Positions 37,841 through 51,344 of a stretch of 64,000 nucleotides of DNA are shown here, in pieces. The stretch spans positions 8,866,001-8,930,000 of the forward strand of contig CM022667.1 in assembly GCA_012295275.1 (NCBI GenBank). Direction: 5' to 3'. The stretch is from Chrysomallon squamiferum. Lineage: Eukaryota; Animalia; Mollusca. The notes below the pieces were generated by a model. The model was given only the letters and a program-made list of their open reading frames with translations, was not told the DNA's origin and did not search any database. The position numbers were made by a program, and so were the translations under genes. Numbering within the stretch: position 1 is the first letter of the stretch; the number at the start of each line of letters is the position of its first letter.

Positions 37841-40061
37841 TGAAATATATAAAGGTAAATGATCCACCTCTGCGAAGGAACGGCTTACCTAAAGAATTGT
37901 TAGAAAGAAAATAATAAAGGAGAAACTGAAATCTCCCATATATTTTATTAGTGCACTTTCTTTTTTTCTTTTGTTTTTACAACGTCTTATAAAGTAAATC
38001 CTAATAGCAGAGCCATCTAAAAAAACGGCTATGTATCAAACTTGCTAAAGCAAAATTAATGTATGCAAGTTTAGAACCTCTAATCACAACAGTAAAACAA
38101 TGTGTGTCTGCAGCTATTCGCACAGATCATAAAAACATTGGCCGATCGCAAAATTTTGTTCATGTTATCGTTGGACAGAAAGGCGGCAAAATGTATGGGT
38201 ACCTTCAACGAGTTACATTTTTAAAATATGAAGACAGACAATATTTGACATTTTAAAACTTAGTAACCACTCGATAGATGTTTAATTGTAACATTCGTTA
38301 AAAAAAGCATATTCCAAATTCTTGTCATTTTAATCTTTATAAACTGGCATTCAGTGTAAAATGGTATATCTTGTTGGGCCCAAGTGAATCCGATTTTGAC
38401 AGAGTCCACTGAACACAGACACACACACACACACGCACATATATACATATATACATACACATTTATAATTTATGTTACCAAAAAGTGAGAAACACATTAA
38501 AACTTGTTTAAAACAAGAATAAAAATTTAAAAAGACCAACAAACAAAATACTGTTATAGAAAAAAATAAATTTATTTAAAATGACTGAGCTGAAGTAACC
38601 AAAGCCCAGCCTTGGATACACTGGATTTAAGACACAAGTAATATTACAGCATACATTGATCATCTGTGAAGAATACTGGAAATGCTAAAAATTAAAAAAA
38701 AAAAAAAAAATTAAAAAAAATATTTGTAAACTAATTCAAATAAAAACCAAAGCCCCTAAAACCCTATTTGTACAGATCCCGAGTCTGTAAACCTTTTATA
38801 TTTATAACAAGATTTGTTTTTAAAAAAATATTGCTTATGGGTGTGTTATTGTACTGTCAAGTGATATGATAAGCCTTGTATCTACTACTTCCAAGAGTTT
38901 TAAAAACAAAAGTGACTGGTAGAGAATCAGAACAAATACAATTCTATTTCTGTGACAGTTTTTAAGTTGTGAGAGAGACTAACATTCATCACAACAATAA
39001 CATCATAAAAACAGGTTCTGAGAAATTGTTTAGTCTGAAACTGGACACTGATCAATGTAGAAAGACTTCTACCACTATAAATTTGTTAACAGTCAATTTC
39101 AGAAATAAATTAAAATGTTTAACTGATGTGTTTAAGATATGGCAGAACTTACAACAATGATAATATGGAAACATGCATTTTATACATTATTCAAAACTGT
39201 TAGGGTTATACTTTTAGATAGTGACAAACAAGAAGCAATTTTCTTTTAATATTATGTGTAAGTATAATTACTGCTACCTCACACTGGATGATTTTGTAAA
39301 TCCCCTTGTAACAAAAACTCAATCTGCACCTGACACAGTCAGCTTTTCTCCTTAATTTTCAACAACAGGATACAGAGACATCTTCACAGTAATAAACAGA
39401 TGTAGTGTCTGTGATTTTGATAAACATGTAAATTATGCAAGATCAAAAGTTATTTACAGTCATTATTGAAACATATTTATAATTATCATTGTTACATGTA
39501 TAACATTTTGTAGAATTTTAAATTCGTATAATTTCATTTCTCAGTTAACAATTGTCTATAATTTATATTAATTAATAAGCAAAATCAAGTTTGTTTACCT
39601 CTGCTGAAACAATATTAATAACAGTATTACTGTTACATGCATCACATTTTGCAGATGTATTTTTAAATCTGAATTGTTTGATTCTACTGCACAAACATTC
39701 TATAGGAGTTACATAAATATATGAATTATTCAAAATTATTTAGTCACTTTCTAAACAATTTTGTTAGTAGTAGCAGTAGCAGTAGCAGTAGTAGTAGTAG
39801 TAGTAGTAGTACTGTATGTACCAATGGTAATGTTACAATTAAATAAATGTATATTACAAATGTACAGGTTTATTTCACAGACACATATTAAAACAGATGT
39901 ATAGTTTTGATGAGATGTTCTGCATATGTGAACAAATACCCTAATAACATGTTTATATTCTTCCAAATGATGTGAACAATAAAGTACTGTAATAATAATA
40001 TATATATATATATAGATATATATCAACATGAACTATTACATTATTTATTAAATATAACCCA

Positions 40062-40092
<31 letters not shown>

Positions 40093-40289
40093 AAAAATAA
40101 CAACAACAAAACAAATAAATCAAATGAAATACCCAGTTTGGTTGTCATTCTGCTGTATACAGGTGTATACACTGCATGTATTCACGTATCTCAATCAGAA
40201 CAGTATAAAATACAATGAACAAACATCATATATGTTAATACAAATACAGTTCCCACATACCATAAAAATATCCAATTGTAAAGGTTAAA

Positions 40290-40650
40290 TTAATTATGTT
40301 TGAGTGAATCACATTTCAGCTTATTCCCTCATTCTGTAATAATGACCTCTAGTTAGTCATGTTGAACTATTCTCATTTAATAATGAACCATTCCTACATT
40401 TAATAATCACCTATATAAATATGACGAACTGTTCCCATAGTTAGTAATAAAGTATGTTAAACAATTCCCACATTTTGTAACCTAATAGCAACACTGAATC
40501 ATTCCCACATTTTATAACGATCTAATAGTCATCATGAACTATTCCCACATTTTGTAATGCCCTGTAGTTAGTAATACTGAACTATACATGTATCTTATAG
40601 CAATCTGATAGTGATGTTGAACTAATCCCCACTATTTGTGATTACCACTG
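40290..40650. repeat. Degenerate ~40-bp tandem repeat (gaactattcccacattttgtaat...)
   Basis: Recurrent attcccacattttgtaa / gaactattccc motifs. Confidence 0.65.
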
Positions 40651-41523
40651 TTAACATTAATAACCAAAATTCAAAAACAAATAATGACAGACATACATAT
40701 ATCAAAAATAAAATTTTATAATAAATAAAATTATTCTAATGATTGCAAGTGTATCTCACCAGATACACAATGAATCTGAATGTTTTGATCACTTATCTGC
40801 TGACAGTTCAGTACAATTATTTACATATATTACACATCTGCGGTTCTCACTTCCCCCATCACAGTATGAAAATTAAAATGATAAGTAAATAAAAATAATA
40901 ATCATGAATGATAAGTAAATATATAATAAAACGAAAAGAAAGGAATACAAACAAATAAAATTTAATAATAATAAAGTAACCAAAAAAAAACACCAACGAA
41001 TTGTTAAACCTTGACGTAAATTATGCTTTAAAATATTTTAAAATTTATAACATTTTTGTATTATTATTTTTTGATATGACACTGTGTAAAAACCATGTTT
41101 TCATCAAAATTTTTACACTTACAGTATGTCAAATAATGATTATATGCATCTCAGTGCTCTCATAAATGTAACAGTAAATTCACTGATTTCAAAGTTCTTT
41201 TGACATAACAGATACCAACCATTACCATGCAGAAATACAAAAACTCATTGTGATTAGTGATACTGAAATAGTATTAAAAACAACTTATGTGTGATTTACT
41301 ATAATTTATTTATTAGGAAAACAAAAGAAATTACTGAAATTTTATAATCTATCAAAAAAAAAAAAATAATAATAATACAAAAAAAAAATAATAATACAAA
41401 AAAAAAAAAAAAATAATAATAATAATGACAATAACAAATAATAAATAATAACAAAAACAAACAATAATAAACAGTAAAAATAAAAGTAATAATAATAATA
41501 AATAATAATAAAAACAAATAAAA

Positions 41524-41554
<31 letters not shown>

Positions 41555-43005
41555 ATAATAGTAAAGTGCACATAAATGGATTTATGTTGACTCTATTTAT
41601 ATTAATTTTTATTTGATTTTTTTCAATTACTGTCAGTGCTTAGGGTGATGAAAGGTAAGTACTATTAACTGTTTGAAATAATTCACAACACATCTGAATT
41701 ATATTCATTCCCCAAACCCTTACAACTGAAACTACATTCATAGTGAAATAAAATATCAAATTTAAACCTAAGTACATTTTTTTACAGCAATTTGCAACAA
41801 ATTTTCATTTATTAAACATTTCTGTTTTTAAATGTTTTTTTTTTTTTACATATCTACCTCCTTCAAGCAATTTCTAGAGGAAATAATATTTTTTAAATGC
41901 ATATTGCATGAGCAACAAAATAAAATTTCAAATTATGTTTTTCACATAATTTTTCTGTTTTTTTTTTGTGTATTTAATATTATAGTTAAAAAACGAAATG
42001 TGTTTATTTAGCTTCAATAACAAATTTCTGAAAAAATGTGTATTTTAACCTGGTTTGTAAGTACGAATTCTGTTGTTTTTTGTCACATACAAGTAAAAAC
42101 AATTAACAGTATTACAGTAACATTTATGTTTTAACTTATTATATTCAATGATTCAATTCTTTGCAAAAAAAATCAAATAAAGCTTATCACATAACAAGTA
42201 ACATAAACAAAATAATAATAAAAAAATCACAGTATATTTATTTCACTTCATCGATAAGTATAAACAAAAATCACAACAATTTTTCACATAATCTTTTTTC
42301 TTTGTACACATTCAAACAAAAAAAACGAAAGATGCTAACTCTATCAAATTAAACTGCAGTCAATAAATGAAAGAGAAAATATGATTAAAAAGAAGAACAA
42401 GAATATAATTAAAGCATATTCAAAGGGACTCAATCAACTTAATAACAATCATCTTTGCCAGCCATGGTGGCAGTACTGAACAATATGAAAATGTTTTAAA
42501 AATGAGTAATTGTTGTGGAACGTAGATCTTGTAAACTATTTCTCTTACATAATCCATATTCCCACAATAAACTGTGTTATTTACTCAGGTTAACCCAGAA
42601 TATTGTTGTTCCTAACAATCATTTTCTTACCTCTGTTAACAGGTAATTTATATCAGATATTAACATCTGTCCATCATTAAATAACAGAAACATTTTTATC
42701 TGCTTAAAGTAAATGTGTGGGTTGGTACTCTGATGCTCAGTCTGATTTTTCTGGGTCTCTGATTTGCTCAGTCTTATAAGCCTATGTGATTTTTCTGATT
42801 GTATGATTTGTCAGTGTGATTATTTTCATGCTTTGGATTTGCTCAGTCTTATTAGTATATGACTTTCTTCTTTTTTTTGTCGGAATGTGCTCAGTCTGAT
42901 TGGTCTGTGTGATTTCGCAGTAGTCTAATTTGTTTGGTTATTATGGAATAACTGATTGAACTTGGGTCCTTGTTACTGTTAAACACACAACAACAACAGA
43001 CGATG

Positions 43006-43450
43006 CTACAAGCTTGATGTTGTCATCAGTTTTGTTGCCTCCTCTTCCTCAGATTCTGATTCAGAAGGTGCAGCTCTGACATCTTTGTACCACTTGTTAG
43101 TGAGAGTGTTCATCTGATTCTTACCATCACGAACTTCCTACAATTACAACAACAACAATACTAATAATAGTAGGAGTAATAGCAGTAGTAGTAGTAATAA
43201 CAATAATCATAGTAACAGTAGTAGTAGTAGCAGTAGTAGTAGTAGTAGTAATAGTAGTAGTAATAACAATAATCATAGTAACAGTAGTAGTAGTAGCAGT
43301 AGTAGTAGTAGTAGTAATAGTAGTAGTAATAACAATAATCATAGTAACAGTAGTAGTAGTAGCAGTAGTAGTAGTAATAGTAGTAGTAATAATAATAATC
43401 ATAGTAACAGTAGTAGTAGTAGTAGTAGTAATAACAATAATCATAGTAAC

Positions 43451-43481
<31 letters not shown>

Positions 43482-46190
43482 ATAACAATAATCATAGTAA
43501 TAATAGGAGTAGTAGCAGTAGTAATAGTAATAGTAGTAGTAATAACAATAATCATAGTAATAGTAGCAGCAGCAGCAGCAGCAATAACAATACTAATAAA
43601 AATAATGGTAATAGTAGTAGTGGTAGTAGTAATAATAGTAGTAGTATTAGCAGCAGCAGCAGCAATAATTATAATAAAAGTAGTAGTAGCAGTAGTAATA
43701 ATAATATTTTTAAATACACTAATACTGTTGTTCTTTAAATATTATTGATAATTAATATTGGTTCTTGTTAAAAAATTAAAATTTTATATTACTCTATAAT
43801 TAAATATTTTAAATGTCATTATATATATATATAAAAATTGTGTAATTTAAAATCCTTGTTGTTTATATAAAAATAACAAGCTAAAAAAATATATTAAATT
43901 CAAAAATTAATATCACTGTTCTCTAAATTAATATCTTTGTTGTTTATAAAATGTTTAAAAATGAACACTGACTAGATCATCATCAGATAAGGGAGGCTGT
44001 TATTATAAGCAAGTTTAAAAAAAAAAAATACTAATACTTGTACAGATTTTCTAAAATTAGAAATGTTGGCTGAAATTTAAAACCCATATATATATTTTTT
44101 AAATTATAAATAATTTATTATTTCTAAAATTAAAAATATTAGCTGAAATGTCAAAGGTTAGTACTACTGGTATCCTTTATAAATTTAACAAAATTATAAT
44201 GACTGCTGTAGCATCTGTACTTCTTTAAAACAAAACAAAATTAAATAAAAAATATATCTATTATTTCTGAAATTGAAAACGTTACAACTATGCTTTCTAA
44301 ATATATTAGTTCTATTTTTAAACTTTATTATTACTGTTGTTTTCTAAAACTAAACAGACTGGATGAAACTGCTGTGTTTTTTAAAAAATAAAACGAATTA
44401 CCTGTTTTGTGAAGCGTCGTGTGAAAAACGGAATCAAGTATTTGACGTCAATTTTGAGAAAACCTTTCAAGTGTGGTTTGACGTAGTTTATCTCATATTC
44501 CTCCTCAGTCAGCTCTGACAAGTGTTCTGAGTCTACCGTCTCCCCCTGAAAACAAATAAACAAACACAAATAATAAATAATAGGACAGACAGACACACAG
44601 ATAGAGATAAATATTTAAATGAATAGACTAATAAAGGATGATAAATAACTATATAAATATATATATAAGTAAAAAAAAAAATAATAAATAGAATGAGATA
44701 AATAAAATTAGACACAGGTGTAAACAGAGTGACAAATAAATAAACTGATAGAAAGATACATAAAAAAAACCCCAAAACTAATAAAAAAAACCCAACTAAA
44801 TAAATAAATAAATAAATACAAAAATAAAAATTACAATTCAAAAATGAAATAACATAAATACATCCAAAATAAAATAAGACATACATGGCAACTCTGCATT
44901 TTAAACTTTTTTTCTATGTTTGCGTGTTACCACTGTACAGATTATAACAAATTTTGGAACTCAAACTCAATGTGAATACACTTACCATTTCTTTTGTTTT
45001 GCTAAGCGATACTTCAATTCCTGAAATTGTCTTCTTCTTCTTATTCTTTTTCACTGCTTTGAGACACTGGAATACAAAATGGTTATCATTTAAATAAATG
45101 TTGAATAATGGTAAAAAAATATTCTTTACCTTTTAACTGAGGTAATGCAGAACCTCCTGAGAATTTGACAGTAAAGATGTTGATGATAGTGAATAAAGTT
45201 CTGTATTAACAGCTACAGTTCTTGAGTTACAAAGATGCAGTATATAGATAAAAATTTATTTTACTTTTAACACAGGCATAGTGGAACCTCCCAAGACAAT
45301 TACAGTAAAGACTTCAGTGATAAAAAATAAACTGCAATAAAAGCTAATAGACAATACATTCTTCAGTAGAATATATTTTACATTTAACAAAGACATTGTG
45401 GAACCTCTGAGAAAAATGACAGTGAAGAATACATTGATAATAAAAATGAACATCATTAAATGTTAGTAGCAGCACATTCTTCAGTTAAACAAATGTAGAA
45501 TAATAAATAAAAATATATTTAACTTTTTAACAAAGAAATTCTTGTCTCCAATGAAGATGTTAAAAAGACATCTATGATAAAAAAAAAAAAAAAAATTTTT
45601 CACAGTGAATACTTTTCGGATTCAGACAGATGTGGAAATAAACAAAAAAAAATATATTTTATTTTTAACAAAGACATTCTAGAACCTCCATTGAAACTGT
45701 AAAGACATCTGTAATATAAAACAAAAAATCCTTAACATCTGCTACATTTTTGGATTTTCTGACAGATGTAGAATAAATTTCAAAAATGTGTACAAAGACG
45801 TCTATGATAAAGGCTCAGTAAAAAATAAAGATATAAAAAATTATATTTTACTTTCAACAGTGGCATCGTGGAGCCACCGAGGAACATGACAGTGAAGAGG
45901 ACGATGATGAGAGTGGTTGTGACAAGGACGTAGCGTTTCTCCTCTTCAAATTCAAGATGGAGACTCAGAGCAAAGGCAATGGCTCCCCTCAACCCTGACA
46001 ATTAATACAATAAAACAAGATGAAAGACATGACAGTTTTCTTACACTGGAATATTAGTGTACAATAATGACAACATACAAAGAAAAAGTTAATTCACTGA
46101 AGGCAGAGAACTCTAAAATGGTTCTGGGAAAAAAAGATAAAAATTATACATTATTTAGCTATTATTTGTATTTTCTTGATATATATAGAT

Positions 46191-46222
<32 letters not shown>

Positions 46223-46780
46223 ATAGAGAAGCTATACCTCTCAATTCTAAGAAATAAAAATATGAAATAAACAAGATAAAAAGCATGGGAATTTTCTTAC
46301 ACTGGAATATTAGTTTATACTAACGACAACATATAAAGAAAAATATGTATTTGTCTCACTCACCACTGAACCACATAATAAACTGCATCTTTCTGGTAAT
46401 TTTGTGCTCCCGGAAGAAATTTACAAGGAATGAAAGTGGAAATATGTTGAGAGCTCGTCCAACCAATATTAATACCTGAAACATAAATTTATATTAGTAA
46501 ACTTTTATTCCCTTCCTTGTCATAATTTTGAGATTACTGAGAATGAACGTTTATGTGAATAAAAGAGAATCTAAATAATTTATCCCTGGTCTTCTAAAAT
46601 GAAAATGTTTAGTATGTTTTGTATAGTTATAACTTAATACCTAGTTTTGCATGTGCCCACATGCACACACACAAACATGCATGCATAAACATCTACTTAA
46701 AGATTAATTGTGCTTTTAAAAAGGAAATGTTTATTGTCTTTTATAAACAAACCCAAAATTAAACCTAATTTTACACAAAT

Positions 46781-46821
<41 letters not shown>

Positions 46822-47717
46822 TGCTACATGAATAACTTTATGTGTGCTTCACAACATCTGTGAAGTTATTTTATTTCAAATAAGCAAATAAGCAATATAC
46901 TTACTATGCTCCATATCACAAAGGCTGGTTTGACATTGACCTTAAAACTAAATATTGCTAATCCCAGGTAAGCAAATACACAGGTTTCTGAAAATAAATT
47001 AAAATAAAATATATAATAATAATAAAAAAATTATATACACAATGATTTTCAAAAGTGAAAAAAAATAAAATAATAAAAAAATAAAATAAAATAAATAAAT
47101 AATTTCATACGTAAGATACCTGACTATGTTTAACATTTCATCACATTTTTCATTAATCAGGCATAAAGCATTTAGTCAAACATACATACACACTCTATCT
47201 CTTTCATTTTTATTTTTTCACACTACAACACTTCGAGTTAATCACATTCAAGCAATAATTCACATCATACAAACACATACAGCACCAACACAGGAAAACA
47301 AGGAAAACAAAATTAATAAAACAAAAAAAACAAAAAAAACTAAACAAAGGGCACATACACTCCCACAGAGAAACCAAATACACCAAGTGAAAAAACAAAC
47401 TGAAAATCCAGGTTAATAAAATCTTCCTGTCAATTTAACAAAAACACAGAACACAGTTACCTGCTACAAACGCTATTGTTCGGAATGTCTGTTGTACAGT
47501 TATCTGAGTGACTGGCGACAAATTGTTGTGCGTATAATGTGACATCACTATGCCACAAAATAAAATTGCCATAATGCCTGGAAATAAAGCAAACAAACGA
47601 TAATAACAAAAATAGAAATATTACTAACAATATAGAAATTGTTGCATTTTATTCAGAAAAAGAAATTAACTTAGAAATGTATGTGTAAGTATTTCAGTGT
47701 GTCACTGTGCGAGGTAA

Positions 47718-47791
<74 letters not shown>

Positions 47792-49333
47792 CCCAGGGTA
47801 GACATCAATATCAGTTTATCTGCCAGAAAAGTTTATGTTATGTTGTTTCTGTGAGCTGCATTAATTAAACTTAATTGTTAAATTTCACTCAAACACAACA
47901 GAGAAACAATTAATACTTGCCTGACAAATGAATTCCCTCTGCCAGCCCATATGGTAGATATGAGAAAACTAACATTATGCCAAACTCCAGTGATGGAGTT
48001 TTATGTAAATCAACAAATTTAAGTAGCTGTGGCAGATTAAGAAACAACAGACTGTCAGTTTTGATAACATCTATGTTTAAAATGACTATCAACTTAAACA
48101 AATTACTTTGTATATCACTAATACTTTGCAAACTATGAAGACTGTTTATGTTTGGTGTGTTTGTACACTTTAGTTATATTGTTTCTATCTGTTGTCAGCA
48201 ACCAATCTTTCCTAATAACAAAGTGAGACAAAAAGATAAATTTACATTTGTTCGAGAAGACGTCATTATAAATAAAAATTAATGATCATCATAAACCTCC
48301 ATGAATGATGACTGGCTTGATACAGCATTAAACATTTCTGTTAACATTTATCGACTTTAAGTTTTCTTTATAAATATTTTAAAATTTTTAAAAAGAATAA
48401 GAATGAAACAGAACACAACTGAGACACGTGATTTGTGATCAATGTAATAAATAGTTGTGACAAAGGATACCATTGCACTGACAAGACCAAACACAACTCC
48501 AATTGCTGCTGATGCAAAAAACATCAAACAAAATCTTCCAACAGCCAGAAAAAACGCTGCTGTCCCACTCACAGCTGCCATTCCAGGGTCAGAGAACTCC
48601 AAAATGGTTCTGGAAAAAAAGATAAAATGTTTTGCTAGTTTGTATTTTGTTCACACACACACACAAATAGAAAAACTATACCCAAAATGGCTTTTTTCCT
48701 AAAAAGATGTATCGACTGCAACAAAGTAAAAGTCAAAACTGTACTTACGTGGTCAACACAATGGACACAGCATCGTTAAGTACGCTCTCTCCAAACACCA
48801 ACATGTACAGGATGGGGTCTACATCTATGGCGTGGAATATCGCCAGCGTCGCTACTGGATCAACGGCAGAGATTAAAGAGCCAAAAGCAAAACTTTCGAC
48901 AACGCTTAGCTTAAACGCAATGTCAGCCTAAAAAGAATTTAATAAAATAAAATAAAACAGAATCCATACATGCTTGTTTTTTTGTTTTTTTTTACTAATT
49001 CATATTTAAATGGTTATCAATATCTCACATTTTACATCACTGTTCTGAAAAAAAAATTAAAAAACTCATTTTAAGGTTATATAAACATATCATTTATTTT
49101 CAAGTCATATAAAATTATTTTCTCTACCTTTTGAAGTCAAATATATATATATATTTTTTTTAAATCATGTTTCTATCAGTTTATTTGCATATTTATTGTT
49201 TCAACTTTCTCTTGCCTGTCCCAGTAAGTAAATCCCTCCACCCACAGCCACAGCAGAGATAGCCGTTCCAAACACAGCAAAAACCAGGATGGAGCCTATG
49301 TTCTGAAAAAAGTTACCCTGCAATACAAATGAA

Positions 49334-49376
<43 letters not shown>

Positions 49377-51311
49377 AAAAAAGTTTTTTTAAATAAAAAG
49401 AAAAAAGAAAACAAAATAAATCTGCAAAAAAAAATAATAATAATAAATAACTAACTAAATTAATAAATGACTTTTAATAAGAAATAAACTGAAAAATAAA
49501 TAAATATAAACTGTAACTAAATAAAATTAGAAGAAAAAACTAAACAAACAAATAAAACAAATCTGCAATAACAAAAACTAACAAAAAAATAAAAATAAAA
49601 AAAATAAAAAACAATTAAAAAAACCCCAAACAGACATAGAACTAAATAAATAAAGATAAAAAAAATAAAAAATGTCAATAAAGTAACAAGTAACATTCTT
49701 AATTCCTAATGAAGACTTGAAATGATTTAATGTTTATGAAAAGTAATCTGTTGACTGTGATGATGACGTTTATGATGTTTTGACTGATGTACCAATATAA
49801 AAAGCAAAGTTCTTAACTTCTTTGGGTTTTTTTGTTTTTGTTTTTTATTTTATTTTTTATTTTATATAAATGTAATAATAGTTTTTTTAAAAAGAGAAAA
49901 AAAGAAACAATAACAGAGATTGTACCACACTGGTGAGTAAAATTATTACATTAATAAATATTTCAGGAGAAAGACATCGAATAATATAAATTTTTAAAAA
50001 CTAAAATGTCTGGAATATAAAAGACAGTAATTTTTCAACAAATGCTGTTATTAAGAAACTTAATTTTCACCTTATGTAAATTATATCCAGATTCAAATAT
50101 GATTGGTGGCAACAACACAATGAAAAACACAGTGGGATTGAATGCTTCTTCATTCTGAAAAAAAAAAAAAAAAAAATTGAATTATATTCTAGAGACATTT
50201 TCAGTAAAGTGAAAGTTATAGAAACACTTTCAGAAAAATAAAATTTTACAAATGCATTTAGTAAAGAGAATATACAGAGGGTTTTTCATGTATAATTCCA
50301 GAAATATTTTCTGTGAGGTTAATTCAAAAATACTTTTTCTGTTAGTTTACATTCTAGAAATTCTTTCAACAAAGTAAAGAAACACTTTCATTAAATTCAC
50401 ATCCTAAAAACACTTTGACTTAAGTACAATTCTGGAAACATTTTCAGTACACAGTAAACTCTAATTCTAGAAAAAAAGTTTCAGTGCAGTTAAATTCTAG
50501 AAACATTCAGTGAATCTGAATTCTAGTAACACTTTCAGTAAAATGAAATTATAAAATTATTTTCAGTTACAATTTCCAAAAATATATTTACCTGCCAATT
50601 TCCAAACTTGATTAGCTTTAAGATCAGGCCAATAAGAGCACCTGAAACAAATCAATAAATTATTTGAAATATTATTATTATTATTTTTTTTTTATTTTAT
50701 ATATATCATTATATGTGTTTGTGTGTGTGTTTGTATGTGTGTGTGTTCACTTTTTTTTTGTTTTTTTATGTTTTATATTATTTTGTATTCATACAATTAT
50801 TATTATCACTTTTTTAAAATCCACAAAATCAATAAACTGCAGTTAAATTTACTATGGTTCAGTAAGCTGCTTTATTTTTTTGTGTTTTACTTTATTTTCT
50901 TAGCACTTTTATTATTATTTTATTATAATTTATTTTTTATTTTATTACTATTGGTTTTTTTTGTTGTTGTTTTTTTGATGTGACAGTAAAAATCAATAAT
51001 GTTTTAAATAAACAAAATGTCTTATTTATTTAATGCAAATGTTTCAAAAATATAAACTGTTTATCTTTTTCACATATTTTTTTTTTAACATCTTAGTTTT
51101 TTTTATTCAAGATTAACACAGTATCAAACTATTCTCTCTTAAATTCAAGTTATTAAAAATTATTATTTATTTTTTCCTAACTAAAAATAATTTATGATAA
51201 TAAAAATAATAACTGTAAATACTTTTCTTTAACACATGTCCTTTGATAATCAAAACATAAAACATTTTTCTGTTTATATATAATATTAAAATTAATTATA
51301 GAGAAAAATGT

Positions 51312-51344
<33 letters not shown>

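Noticed and set aside
38059-38256. 65-aa ORF MYASLEPL...
   Set aside because: No recognisable motif, splice context or homolog in the window; cannot be supported.
43127-43555. 142-aa Thr/Ile-rich ORF (mucin-like)
   Set aside because: Translation of an intronic (AGT)n compound microsatellite in NHE8.
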